Positions 27,451 to 37,398 of a stretch of 64,000 bases of DNA are shown piece after piece; position 1 is the first letter of the stretch; each line of letters opens with the position of its first letter. The position numbers were made by a program, and so were the translations under genes. The notes under the pieces were generated by a model, which saw only the letters and a list, made by a program, of their open reading frames with translations, searched no databases and was not told the origin of the DNA. Source of the stretch: an uncultured virus (IMG/VR IMGVR_UViG_2881085443_000001) (lineage: Duplodnaviria; Heunggongvirae; Uroviricota; Caudoviricetes; Crassvirales); IMG/VR virus record IMGVR_UViG_2881085443_000001; one strand, written 5' to 3'.

Positions 27451-30400
27451 TTAAGGATTACAAATAGCCGCGCCTGCGCTACTTACTATTGACTGCGCTA
27501 TTATCTCTTCACATGGATTGTCGCCTGTCTCTGTTCTGGTTAAGATATGTATCTGTTCTGATCCGAATTCGTCAATATAAACAACATGATCATTCGCCGG
27601 ATGAATTGAAGGGTGTATTGCAATGTACCAAAAAGAAGATGTTGGCTGAGGCAATGTTCCAGCGGCATTTACGGTAATATTAATTGTTGCTGTACTAGAG
27701 GCAATTCCGTTACTTACTTGGTAAACGATGCTGTCTGTAAGCGTTGCTGTGCCGTCATGTGTATAAGTAATTGTGTTGTCCAGATTTACTACTGCTAATC
27801 CGTTTACCGGAGGTGCTGCAATGGTCACTACTGGCGTGCCTGTAATCTGATCGTTAAATAAAACATTTACAGTAGTACTGGCCGCATTATTCAATGTTAC
27901 ATTGTCGTTGACTAAAACGGGTTTTCTTTCGGTGTAATCCCAAATCAAATATAAAATTTCATCAGGTTCTGTTCTGTTGAAAAGAAAACTGGCCGTATTG
28001 GTTTCGAAAAATCCAGGTTCCATAATTTTAGTAACCGTCAAAAAAGTAGCTTGTGCCAAAATTATGTTTATATCTGCTTCGGTATAAACGGTATCGGAAA
28101 CTAAATAACCAATGCGGTTGAAATTTTCCAGCGAAAACTTACCGGAGGCCAAATTATCTTTAAAAGACTGTATCGTGAAAACAGAATTATTTAACGGGAA
28201 TTTACCAACTCCTTCAATACCTGTCTCAATTAGAAATTTACTTACCGGAGCAGTATCAAATAAATCATCTGTCGCGTACAACAATGACGCTCCCCATTTG
28301 AATCTGTTGGTAATGTTTTTACCAATATCTGCTGCATCGTTTACAATGATGCTGGCTATTTTTAGTTCAGCGCCAATAGGACAAACATTAGCTATTTCGT
28401 AACTTATTGAAGCGCTGACTGCAGTTACAGTTACGGTAACAATGTTTTTTACCAAACTACTTCTGTTAAACGTGATGTTCCCTAAGCCGGTCACATTAGA
28501 AACAACTTCTGTTGCACCGTCAAATAACGCTTCAATGGTAGCGTTCCCAGAAACAATATTATAATTCAATATAATATCTCCAGCAAGATCATTTAACTTA
28601 AATTGGTACGTGAACGTTCCGCTTTGTTTTTCTTTGATAATCTGATTACCACAACTTAGCTGCAATAACTTTACAGGTTCATCGGCTATTGAAACCACAT
28701 ATTGCTTGGTGTACGGATCAAAACCACCTAGCTTTTTAGCGTTCGGCTGCAATCTGAAAATATCACGGAACCAGTCCACCATTCCATCTACAATAGCAGT
28801 TACGCCGTCAATAGACAATCTTACAATATTTCCTTGTTTGGTATTGGCGTAGTAAATCTGGTAATCGTTTTCGGCAAAACTCTCTGGGTTTTTACCAATT
28901 CCATTATCTCCCAAGTACGTCAGCTCCGGTCCTAGTATTTGATTCGTTGCGCTTACGTTAGAACTTCCGTCGCTGTTGTAAATCAATCCTTTTTCGAACA
29001 TTACTTTAGAAGCCTTCGATTCTTTCAATACTAAAATATCATTGTCGCGACTGTGTAATTTCTGGATACTTCCGTACTGCTTGTCTAGCTCTTTTGAATT
29101 TCCTGTAGCTACATTGAACACATTCAATCCATTAATATTACTGCTTTCCACGTATGATTCGCTGTAGATCAAGTCTGCATAACGTCGTACGGCTTTATAT
29201 TTTTCAATAGAAACCACCGACGGACGTAAATCAATATTCAGGTATGGTTTATTGAACGCGTCTTTTATAACATAACTCTCGGCGCCGTTTCCTTGGCAAA
29301 AGCAATTGTAAAAATCCAAATCAATTTCAGCAGGGAGTACCGTTGTTTGGTTTTGTAAATTACCTTGATGCAATCCGTTTTTTATTTCGAATGTTTGTGC
29401 CGTTTCATAATAAATCTCAGCATCAATCGATTTTTTCTCTTCGGTTTCCAGAACTATCAATCCATTAGCAGCTGTTATTTTTATAGAGCCATTCATATAC
29501 GATTGGTGGCCTGTACTTCCAAATATACCCAAGTCTTCTCCGTTTCCGTTTAATTCATTATGGATTCTTAAATATAAAGCTCCGGTTTCACTTTCTACAA
29601 AACGGCTAAATAAACCTACCTCAGTAACTCCACGAACTACGCCGTTTGTAGGATATACAAAAGGAAAGGTATTGTCGCTTACCTCAGCATCGTACCATAA
29701 CTTAAAATTAGCATAATCCGCACTGGCGTAAAACGTTTTCGTGAATTTTTTATCTCCACCTGCGCTGCCGTATTTAACGTTAGTTAATTCAATGTCAATC
29801 CTGGATCCTTGTACAATAGGTTTATCCGTATATAATCCGGTCACTGGATCTTTGTCTGAAAACGGACCAACATACATATCAAAACTATCGCCTCTGCTTG
29901 CTGCTTGTCCAGTTTTTTCTAAAAATCCATCTGGAATATAATCCATAGAAATTCCTGCAGGGATCTTTATTTTCATATAAAGTCCCGGTAATTCTTTGAT
30001 TTCAGTGTTGTTAAAATCTACATTCCCTTCAAGGAATTCTTTTTCTTTTGTGGCGATTTCCAATACTTTTACCTTTGTCAATGTAGGAACAAAACCATTT
30101 GTATCTGATTTAAAAATAAGAATGTCGCCAACTTTTACTTTGTCTTTGTTGTCGTTCTCTAATTTGATCCAGCGAAACAATCCTTCAACGTAAAAAGTAG
30201 TGGCGTAAATAGTTTGAAACTGTAGCGTTTGCTGTTTTACCACAATCTTATATCTATCAGCGTATGCCGGTGGATTACTTAATAAACTGACTTTTATTTT
30301 GTTTTTTGATAGCGCTAAATTTTGCGGTATAAAAATAGTGTTATTCAGCTGCGTCAAAACCGTAGTTTGTCTATTGAATTCGTCCATATAAATCAATCCT

Positions 30401-31980
30401 GCTTCATAACTTCTGTTGGTTTTTAATGTAGAAACAGAACCAATTTCATAAAAAAGTACGCTAGTAGCACTGTTGAAACCCCAGTTGATTGTTTCCTGCA
30501 CATTATTTAACTCGTAAATTAATGCAACTGATTTTAGTATTATGGCATTAGCAGTATAACTCTCGATTACAAAAGTAGTATTCGATATAAATTCATAACC
30601 AGGAATATCCGCAATGGTATAATTGCTCAAAAATAAATTAGTGATGTAATTAGTAATGAAAAATATAAAATCAGGATCCTGTGCTAAAGCGGCAGCATCC
30701 TCATAATTCTTAGTAAGTAGAAACGAAAAATTATCATTGTATTTTTTTTGTTCCGTCTGGTTGTTGTCTAAACTAAAAAACAGATTGATTTTGCTTCCTG
30801 ATTTTAAGTTCATTCCTGTTAGATCGATTCTCAGCTTATTGTTAGCAATAGGTACTTGTGAAGTAATCGAAATTGGAACAGTAACACCTTCTAAACTTTC
30901 TGAAACAATTGATAAATTATAATTTGGTTTTACTTTATTGTTGTTTTTATCAATTAAATCATACCCTTGCACAAAGTTTCCCATTACAATTCTGTTACCA
31001 ATAACAGTTTGTGATTTGGCTTTTAATGGAATGCCGTCTGAGGACCGGTACAGTTCTTTTTCTGGAAGTATCGTGTATATTTTATTGTTCGAAAAAACAA
31101 AGCTTCTGGTTTCGTTGTTTCCCCAGCCTTCATTTTCTTTATTGAAAGTTTCAATAATATATAAATTTTCTGAAGTGCTTCCTTTTACGATGCATTGTAT
31201 GTCGGTAACGCGTTTGTCTCCTGTATTGATTGATAATCGTACGGCATTATAGGCGTTGATCATTCCTATATTATCCAAAACCTCATAATCCAATTGGAAT
31301 GGATTTGGGTGAAAATTATAATTCGAATAGGAAGACAAAGCGGAATATTCTCCATCTAAATATTTGTATCGGTAACTGAAAGACAAGAACTTTTCTTCGA
31401 TGTTGTTGCTGGCTCCATCAGCAAAAACCAAAGTAGTAGTTGGTGCAAATCTAGGTGGTTTTTTGATCAGAAGAATATCCTCTTTATCAAAACCGTTTGC
31501 TCCATATTTTTTGGCACGTTCGATATTAAAACACAACGGTTGCAAGTTATCGTCATTCAGCAATATCAAATCCTTTTCAGGATCTTCGCTTATGATTTTA
31601 TTGATTGCTGTTATTAAATGCGTTTCTTTTAAATCCAAAACTCTATTGGTTCCTACACGCGTATCTTCCAGTACTTTTGAAACCACTTCGTTTTTTACAT
31701 CATATTCTAAAACGTAGCATCCTGCATCTGATTTTATAATCCAATATAGTTTCTGGGTAGCTTCATCTGAAAAACCGCCTAAGCAAGCCGGATTCGTGCC
31801 AAAATCGATACTGGTCAGCTTCCTGTTGGACAATGAATTCTGAATAGCGCCTACATCAGATCCTTCAGAATCTAAAACTAATATATTTTCGGCATGACGG
31901 TAATCGCCATCTTTTAAAACTCGCTCGTCCAAATCTTTATTCATGCGTCCGGAAAGGAATGTTCTTCTGATATTTGCCAT
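27451..31980 (-). CDS. tail nozzle/stabilisation protein with C-terminal Ig-like domain
   Basis: GRMNKDLDER N-terminus, FSYRYKYLDGEYSALS, and a Big_9-like VLFND...TITYTH...DSIVYQVSNG segment. Confidence 0.65.
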   Translation of the reverse strand: MANIRRTFLSGRMNKDLDERVLKDGDYRHAENILVLDSEGSDVGAIQNSLSNRKLTSIDFGTNPACLGGFSDEATQKLYWIIKSDAGCYVLEYDVKNEVVSKVLEDTRVGTNRVLDLKETHLITAINKIISEDPEKDLILLNDDNLQPLCFNIERAKKYGANGFDKEDILLIKKPPRFAPTTTLVFADGASNNIEEKFLSFSYRYKYLDGEYSALSSYSNYNFHPNPFQLDYEVLDNIGMINAYNAVRLSINTGDKRVTDIQCIVKGSTSENLYIIETFNKENEGWGNNETRSFVFSNNKIYTILPEKELYRSSDGIPLKAKSQTVIGNRIVMGNFVQGYDLIDKNNNKVKPNYNLSIVSESLEGVTVPISITSQVPIANNKLRIDLTGMNLKSGSKINLFFSLDNNQTEQKKYNDNFSFLLTKNYEDAAALAQDPDFIFFITNYITNLFLSNYTIADIPGYEFISNTTFVIESYTANAIILKSVALIYELNNVQETINWGFNSATSVLFYEIGSVSTLKTNRSYEAGLIYMDEFNRQTTVLTQLNNTIFIPQNLALSKNKIKVSLLSNPPAYADRYKIVVKQQTLQFQTIYATTFYVEGLFRWIKLENDNKDKVKVGDILIFKSDTNGFVPTLTKVKVLEIATKEKEFLEGNVDFNNTEIKELPGLYMKIKIPAGISMDYIPDGFLEKTGQAASRGDSFDMYVGPFSDKDPVTGLYTDKPIVQGSRIDIELTNVKYGSAGGDKKFTKTFYASADYANFKLWYDAEVSDNTFPFVYPTNGVVRGVTEVGLFSRFVESETGALYLRIHNELNGNGEDLGIFGSTGHQSYMNGSIKITAANGLIVLETEEKKSIDAEIYYETAQTFEIKNGLHQGNLQNQTTVLPAEIDLDFYNCFCQGNGAESYVIKDAFNKPYLNIDLRPSVVSIEKYKAVRRYADLIYSESYVESSNINGLNVFNVATGNSKELDKQYGSIQKLHSRDNDILVLKESKASKVMFEKGLIYNSDGSSNVSATNQILGPELTYLGDNGIGKNPESFAENDYQIYYANTKQGNIVRLSIDGVTAIVDGMVDWFRDIFRLQPNAKKLGGFDPYTKQYVVSIADEPVKLLQLSCGNQIIKEKQSGTFTYQFKLNDLAGDIILNYNIVSGNATIEALFDGATEVVSNVTGLGNITFNRSSLVKNIVTVTVTAVSASISYEIANVCPIGAELKIASIIVNDAADIGKNITNRFKWGASLLYATDDLFDTAPVSKFLIETGIEGVGKFPLNNSVFTIQSFKDNLASGKFSLENFNRIGYLVSDTVYTEADINIILAQATFLTVTKIMEPGFFETNTASFLFNRTEPDEILYLIWDYTERKPVLVNDNVTLNNAASTTVNVLFNDQITGTPVVTIAAPPVNGLAVVNLDNTITYTHDGTATLTDSIVYQVSNGIASSTATINITVNAAGTLPQPTSSFWYIAIHPSIHPANDHVVYIDEFGSEQIHILTRTETGDNPCEEIIAQSIVSSAGAAICNP

Positions 31981-32825
31981 TATAAAAATTTAGATTTAGA
32001 TCGCATTTCTCGTGCAATTTGTTTTAGGTTTAGTCCGGATCTGTCTTTCTTAGCTTTAAAACTGGTTGTTTTGTACCTGTCCAACGCTCTTCTTTTTTCC
32101 CGGTCCGGCACCGTCATTCTTTGCTCAATACAATAATAGTAGATCCAGTCCTTCAACGCTTGCTCCAGGTACTTATGTACTTTTATTTCGCCTTCATTAA
32201 ATGATTCCCATTGCAGTCCATCGGATTTATATTGCAATACAATTTCTTTGTCAATCAACCGCGCGTCCAGTACTAACTTTCCGTTTTCTTCATCTACCTT
32301 GTACTCCCCGTTTACGCTGAAATTAGATCCGTCTGTAAAAGAGTTGCCTCCATTATACCCACTGATAAACTCATAAGACTTAAACGGCATGTTATACGCA
32401 TTGGAAGCATCTGCAGTTAGTATAAAACCATTGTCGTCAAATAAGATTTTAGCATTATCGTCTTGCAAAATACCGGTGACCGTATTGATATTTTGGTTTC
32501 GGTCTAAAGGGCATAATTTTCTGGTCCCCTCACTGTCAACCACAGCGGATACGCTTACGCAACTAACAAAATCCTGCGGCAAAACAATACAAGAGTCCTC
32601 GCCAACGGTCATTTCAATAGCCAAAGTAGCTCCGGAAATAGATTTAGTCAGTTCTTTAATTCCCATTTTACCATGGTAAATTAAAATGCTGCGGTTCGTA
32701 TTCTTTATATAGTTGTCCGATTCTAATCTGCCCATTAGCATTCCGTCAATGATTTCTTTTAAGGTAGAAAATTGATAGCTGCCGTGTGAGTCTTTGTTGC
32801 CGTGATATTGTTCAGGAGTCTCCAT
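31980..32825 (-). CDS. tail ring/adaptor protein
   Basis: 281 aa in the structural operon; call from position and LPQDFV...YKSDGL pattern. Confidence 0.5.
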   Translation of the reverse strand: METPEQYHGNKDSHGSYQFSTLKEIIDGMLMGRLESDNYIKNTNRSILIYHGKMGIKELTKSISGATLAIEMTVGEDSCIVLPQDFVSCVSVSAVVDSEGTRKLCPLDRNQNINTVTGILQDDNAKILFDDNGFILTADASNAYNMPFKSYEFISGYNGGNSFTDGSNFSVNGEYKVDEENGKLVLDARLIDKEIVLQYKSDGLQWESFNEGEIKVHKYLEQALKDWIYYYCIEQRMTVPDREKRRALDRYKTTSFKAKKDRSGLNLKQIAREMRSKSKFL

Positions 32826-33523
32826 TAATTAGCGGTTTTTTTGTTGTCTTCTTGCATTTCGTCGTTGTTCCCGGCCATTTGTAAATCTTGCTCTTTAAGA
32901 TTGATTCCAAACTTGACACATAACCTGGACACAATATCGTCTTCTTCAGAAGCATGCATGTCAATGTCTTGAAAATCCAACGCATCAGGATTAAAAACTT
33001 CAACATCACTAATCACCACAAAGGTCCATTTAGGCACCAATGGCTTGCGAAGGTAATAAGCGGTTACTTTGTCAGTGATTGCAGCAGGAAGTACCTCGAT
33101 TACATTATTGATTTTTAAACCTATAGGATAATCAATACTGGGTTGCGTATGTTTAAATCGTCGTAGTTGGTTGAATTCTGACATGTTTTTACAAATACTG
33201 ATTTCGCTTAATCCGTTATATAGAATCGATTCCATATACCCCACGTTTGCCGGAATAGTGAATTTACCTTCAGTATAAGTCAGGAGGCCGGACGTTAAGA
33301 AGTGTTCCATCTTAGCTCGGATAATATCAGGAAGGTTTTCTACACCGTTCCCTACTAATCCTCTGTTTTGTCTGTTCAGATATTTGGTAAGATCAAAAGG
33401 ATACTCTTCAAATTTCTCCGTCATTACATTATAAAGCGCTTTGTCAAAATCAGATGGTTTCATGTTTCCACGAACATCACTATTGGCAAGCATCTTAACA
33501 GTTTGATATACTCTATCGATCAT
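32825..33523 (-). CDS. tail ring/adaptor protein
   Basis: 232 aa with YLRKPLVPKW; own promoter element CAAATGTA at 33571. Confidence 0.5.
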   Translation of the reverse strand: MIDRVYQTVKMLANSDVRGNMKPSDFDKALYNVMTEKFEEYPFDLTKYLNRQNRGLVGNGVENLPDIIRAKMEHFLTSGLLTYTEGKFTIPANVGYMESILYNGLSEISICKNMSEFNQLRRFKHTQPSIDYPIGLKINNVIEVLPAAITDKVTAYYLRKPLVPKWTFVVISDVEVFNPDALDFQDIDMHASEEDDIVSRLCVKFGINLKEQDLQMAGNNDEMQEDNKKTAN

Positions 33524-33751
33524 AATAAAACAGATTTTACACTAATAATAACAAAAACTTATACTTAATACAAATGTAATAAATTTTAAGTATCATTAAC
33601 AGACAGTTTTAATACAAATTATTTATATTTTTGGTAAAAATAAATATGTTATGAATTACGACGACGAGCGAGCTAATATGATGCTACAACTTTTTATAAG
33701 GTTTTGCCTGGTAATTGGATTGATAATACTAATCGGAATTCCTTTTTTGAC

Positions 33752-33958
33752 ATGGATCATACCAAGACTGTAAAAGAAGCTATTGACATAAAACACAAAA
33801 GTTCTAATGGAAGTTGCGGCACTTTAATTCCGGATCTGGCAATCAGTACAGGAATACCGTACGAAGAATTGTATCCGGTACTTCGGGTGCTATATGATCA
33901 GAAGTATTTTGTTATGAAACAGGGCATTAATGGTAAAATGATATTTAAGAGGAAATGA
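33752..33958 (+). CDS. small winged-HTH-like protein, first gene of the accessory island
   Basis: ATG 33752; helix-turn-helix-wing pattern ending KQGINGKMIF; start uncertain. Confidence 0.45.
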   Translation: MDHTKTVKEAIDIKHKSSNGSCGTLIPDLAISTGIPYEELYPVLRVLYDQKYFVMKQGINGKMIFKRK

Positions 33959-34194
33959 AAAAAATTATAGCTGTTATAGGTCACGTAGATCACGGAAGAA
34001 CTTGTTTGCAAAGTGCAATTGATAGAGTTCTGGAAAAAGAAAGAGGAATTACTATTGTAAATCCAGAAGAGGCAAACGAAATAAAAGAAAATTATTATTT
34101 CAAAAATGAAGCATTGAAATTAAAATGCTTTAATGAACCCGAACCAATTCAGGAGCAAATATTCGACAAACCAAAATCTAAATTTCATAAATAA
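33955..34194 (+). CDS. 79-aa protein carrying EF-Tu-like G1 and G2 motifs
   Basis: IAVIGHVDHGRT and EKERGITI. Confidence 0.7.
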   Translation: MKKIIAVIGHVDHGRTCLQSAIDRVLEKERGITIVNPEEANEIKENYYFKNEALKLKCFNEPEPIQEQIFDKPKSKFHK

Positions 34195-34210
34195 CGGAAT
34201 CGTAGTATTC

Positions 34211-34303
34211 CTGATAACGGCCGATGATTGTGGCTGTTTGCCACTACAGAAGTTGAATAGGAATAAAATGATTGTGCAAATAGCCACAATCATTTGTTAT
34301 CAG
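34211..34303. repeat. attC-like site 1
   Basis: CTGATAAC...ATGATTGTGGCTGTTTGC / GCAAATAGCCACAATCAT...GTTATCAG. Confidence 0.8.
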
Positions 34304-34338
34304 CATACCACTTAACACTAATTTTAAAAATATAAATT

Positions 34339-34740
34339 ATGGCTTACGATATTTACGGAAATGATTTAAGAAGAGGATATTGCGAAGTTCATCCTCACGT
34401 GCATCAAGAATATCCTTGTGATATTTGTTGCAGAGAAATAGAACAAAGTAATCGTCAAAACGAATATAATAAGCAAATGCAAAAGGATTATTATAAAAGT
34501 ATTGACCCGTCTTTTGATATGGAAACGACACGAATTGTAATTGATTTACTTGTAGTCAGGATTCCAAAAACTGATTTAAATTCAGGTTTATTAGATATTG
34601 ATTTTAACGGACAATATTTGATACAGATAAAAAAAGAAGATGATTCTGATTTGTGGAAAGTAACTAATGCGATGAATGGTTACGGGCATAATTGCTTTGA
34701 GGAATTTAAAAAATCAGAAGTTTCGTTTTTGAGTAACTAA
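34339..34740 (+). CDS. cassette 1 hypothetical protein (Cys/His-rich N-terminus)
   Basis: 133-aa ORF with CEVHPHVHQEYPCDIC. Confidence 0.7.
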   Translation: MAYDIYGNDLRRGYCEVHPHVHQEYPCDICCREIEQSNRQNEYNKQMQKDYYKSIDPSFDMETTRIVIDLLVVRIPKTDLNSGLLDIDFNGQYLIQIKKEDDSDLWKVTNAMNGYGHNCFEEFKKSEVSFLSN

Positions 34741-34766
34741 TTATCGACAACGTGTAGCTTCGGTTG

Positions 34767-34899
34767 CTGATAACGTTCATTATTGTACTTGTAGCGAACT
34801 GACACAAGACAATTTATCGGATTAAAGACTAATAAAAACAAGAATTACAAATCATCAAATTAAGCCGAGTAAAGCTATAAGTACAATATATTGTTATAT
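34767..34899. repeat. attC-like site 2
   Basis: CTGATAAC...TATTGTACTTGTAGC / GCTATAAGTACAATA...GTTATAT. Confidence 0.8.
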
Positions 34900-34943
34900 T
34901 CTCGGCTTTTTTTACTAAATATTAATCAATAAATAAAAATAAA

Positions 34944-35171
34944 ATGACAAAAGAACAAGTAGAAATATACGAATATTGCAAAAAGCACTTAGAAGAATTA
35001 GAGATAGAAAGTAAAAACTCTACTTTTAAAAGGCAAAAATATGGTTGCGGAACAGGAAGCCCAACAATAACATTTAATTTAGAAAGAATTAATCAAGATA
35101 TGTACAGTGAGATTTTTGAAGCTGTAAATAAAGCAAAAAATAGTATACAAAAAATTATCGATGAACTATAA
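34944..35171 (+). CDS. cassette 2 hypothetical protein
   Basis: 75-aa ORF between sites 2 and 3. Confidence 0.7.
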   Translation: MTKEQVEIYEYCKKHLEELEIESKNSTFKRQKYGCGTGSPTITFNLERINQDMYSEIFEAVNKAKNSIQKIIDEL

Positions 35172-35220
35172 CAAAATGACAGCCAGAGTTACTTTCGCCA
35201 GAAAGTTGCTCGAAGCTGGA

Positions 35221-35356
35221 ATATAACGCTTGCCGCTTGTTTTTCGGCTTGAAAAGACATAAAACCATATTTACCTAATCACAAATATTAAAAAGTACAA
35301 GACAATGAAAACAGAAATCACAGATAAAAAAGCTGAAAATCAAGCGGCTGTTAGTG
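35221..35356. repeat. attC-like site 3
   Basis: ATATAAC...GCCGCTTGTTTTTCGGCTT / AAGCTGAAAATCAAGCGGC-T-GTTAGTG. Confidence 0.8.
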
Positions 35357-35613
35357 GCAGTAGATTGATTGGAAAAACAAACGTGATGATTTTAGGGATG
35401 ATTACCGAGCTACAAAAAGGAGGTAAAGTTGGGGTTGTAGGTTGTAAAGACCCGAAAGATATTACTGAACGACTAAAAGCAAAAGGTATCGAAGTAAAAA
35501 GCGAACCAATTATTAGAAAAGGACAAGCACAACCAATATATGACGATGAAGGAATTATTGGTTTTGAAAATAGTGATGATGTACAGACAGGGTTTCTGTT
35601 CTATTGCCACTAA
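35305..35613 (+). CDS. cassette 3 hypothetical protein (starts inside site 3)
   Basis: 102-aa ORF; stop codon is the TAA of the next TAAC core. Confidence 0.65.
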   Translation: MKTEITDKKAENQAAVSGSRLIGKTNVMILGMITELQKGGKVGVVGCKDPKDITERLKAKGIEVKSEPIIRKGQAQPIYDDEGIIGFENSDDVQTGFLFYCH

Positions 35614-35742
35614 CGTCCATCGCTACACTTTCGGCTTGGCGTAAACAAGCGAGGTGTTTCGGATGAAAAACAATAATTACAAATAAAAAACAATATTAAC
35701 CCAATGCCAAATGCAAAAGCTGAAATGTAGCGATTGTTAGTG
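35608..35742. repeat. attC-like site 4
   Basis: CACTAAC...ATCGCTACACTTTCGGCTT / AAGCTGAAATGTAGCGAT-T-GTTAGTG. Confidence 0.8.
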
Positions 35743-35767
35743 GCATACCACGTAAAACTTATAAATT

Positions 35768-35950
35768 ATGGAATATCCAGAACCTATATGCCAAGATTGT
35801 GGAAAACATTGTAATATGTCAGAAGAAATTGATACAGGCGGAGGAAATGAAAAAGGATTTAGCTACATCGAATTGTGGTGTTACTGTGAAAAGTGTGACA
35901 GAGAAACAAATCACCCAATACCTTCTGACAACAATAATTACCCAGAATAG
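35768..35950 (+). CDS. cassette 4 zinc-ribbon protein
   Basis: CQDC...CEKC, 60 aa. Confidence 0.65.
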   Translation: MEYPEPICQDCGKHCNMSEEIDTGGGNEKGFSYIELWCYCEKCDRETNHPIPSDNNNYPE

Positions 35951-35958
35951 GCGGTTGC

Positions 35959-36091
35959 CACTAACGTCCCGCTACTATTAGATGTTGACGAAAAGGACAA
36001 AACCAGTTGTCAAGGATTACTTGACAACTGAAAACACAAAACAATAACAACCAAAGCCTGATACGGCAATAGCTTATAGTAGCTGTTATAT
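35959..36091. repeat. attC-like site 5 with an internal hairpin
   Basis: CACTAAC...GCTACTAT / ATAGTAGC-T-GTTATAT; inner CAGTTGTCAAG/CTTGACAACTG. Confidence 0.75.
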
Positions 36092-36130
36092 TCTCGGCTT
36101 TTTTACATTAACAAATTAAATATAAACAAA

Positions 36131-36349
36131 ATGAAAACACTAAAAGAACAAATTGAAGAAGTAGATTTAATCCAAACAGGTTACGAAGATTTTTATATGG
36201 ATTCTGATAAAATAGTTAAAGTAACAGAAAACTATGTAAATGAAAAAATAGATAAACTAATACAAAAAATAGAAGGTGAAACTTTAGCTCATTATGCTTA
36301 TGAAGCAATTATAGGTATGCTTGAAGATTTAAAATTTCAGCGAGAGTAG
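36131..36349 (+). CDS. cassette 5 acidic hypothetical protein
   Basis: 72-aa ORF. Confidence 0.7.
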   Translation: MKTLKEQIEEVDLIQTGYEDFYMDSDKIVKVTENYVNEKIDKLIQKIEGETLAHYAYEAIIGMLEDLKFQRE

Positions 36350-36377
36350 CTTTGGTTACAAAGTTGCTCAAGCTGGA

Positions 36378-36509
36378 ATATAACGGCGGATGCTACACGA
36401 TGGCTGGGAAAAGCACACACCCAGACTTCGGATAATGACAGATTAAAAAGGTGCAAAACAGACTTTAAATTTAACCCGAAACCCAGCTATTGTGTAGCAT
36501 ATGTTACTG
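36378..36509. repeat. attC-like site 6
   Basis: ATATAAC...ATGCTACACGATGGCTGGG / CCCAGCTATTGTGTAGCAT-AT-GTTACTG. Confidence 0.8.
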
Positions 36510-36533
36510 GCTGTGTTTTTAAAATCAAACGTG

Positions 36534-36938
36534 ATGAACGGACAACAAATTGAAAAATTAGTAAAAGAGCTTATTAAAAAAGAAGTTGATTATAGAAGCT
36601 ATGACGGTAAAATGTCTAAAACATCTTTAATCGAAAGAGGAAGCGAAACCATTTTAGAGCAAATAATTAGACAACATTTATTGGATAATCGTGATGAAAA
36701 ATTAGGTTCATTAGAAGCGAAAGTTTTTGTTTATGAAGAAATGATTGCCAAAAGCACATTTGCTCCAATGCTTGTTGAAAAAGAAGTAGAAACCATAAAA
36801 GAACCTGAACCTTACCGAAGAGAAATGATTTTTACTCAAACGCAAATTGAACACTTACAACACAAAATATTTGAAATTACTGGCGAGGGCGAAGTAATGA
36901 AATTGTTCAATGAAATGTTGGGCGTATCTGTTGGGTAA
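36534..36938 (+). CDS. cassette 6 hypothetical protein
   Basis: ORF open from 36501; internal ATG at 36534 is the likely start. Confidence 0.65.
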   Translation: MNGQQIEKLVKELIKKEVDYRSYDGKMSKTSLIERGSETILEQIIRQHLLDNRDEKLGSLEAKVFVYEEMIAKSTFAPMLVEKEVETIKEPEPYRREMIFTQTQIEHLQHKIFEITGEGEVMKLFNEMLGVSVG

Positions 36939-36944
36939 CATAGC

Positions 36945-37073
36945 CAGTAACGTTCATTATTGTACTTGTATCGAACAAGTAAGCAAAACATCGAGATTCA
37001 AGACAAATCTCGCAGAATTTACAAATAATTAAATCAAGCCTGATATAGCTATAAGTACAATATATTGTTACAG
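36945..37073. repeat. attC-like site 7 (same arms as site 2)
   Basis: CAGTAAC-GTTCATTATTGTACTTGTA...GCTATAAGTACAATATATT-GTTACAG. Confidence 0.8.
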
Positions 37074-37104
37074 GACGGCACTAATTTTTAAAGCAAATAA
37101 AATT

Positions 37105-37398
37105 ATGAAATTAACAGGGAAATGCAAAGAAGATTTTGATAAATGGTTTTATGATAATTATCCATATAAGGAATTTTTATTTTATAGTGATAATTTTAAA
37201 TGCACGTATATTATTGAGTTCTTTGATTCGTATGGGGTTTATTTATGCATAACCCCTGTATTCCCAATAAATAAATACGGATTCTCTTATTCTGTAGATT
37301 TAAAATATTATTATGATATTTTTAACACACGAACCGAAGCAGCAAAGGCAGCTATAATAAAAGCAAATGAAATTTATAATGACAAACATAAATTATGA
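37105..37398 (+). CDS. cassette 7 gene A, hypothetical phage protein
   Basis: 97 aa, MKLTGKCKEDFDKW...TRTEAAKAAIIKANEIYN. Confidence 0.7.
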   Translation: MKLTGKCKEDFDKWFYDNYPYKEFLFYSDNFKCTYIIEFFDSYGVYLCITPVFPINKYGFSYSVDLKYYYDIFNTRTEAAKAAIIKANEIYNDKHKL

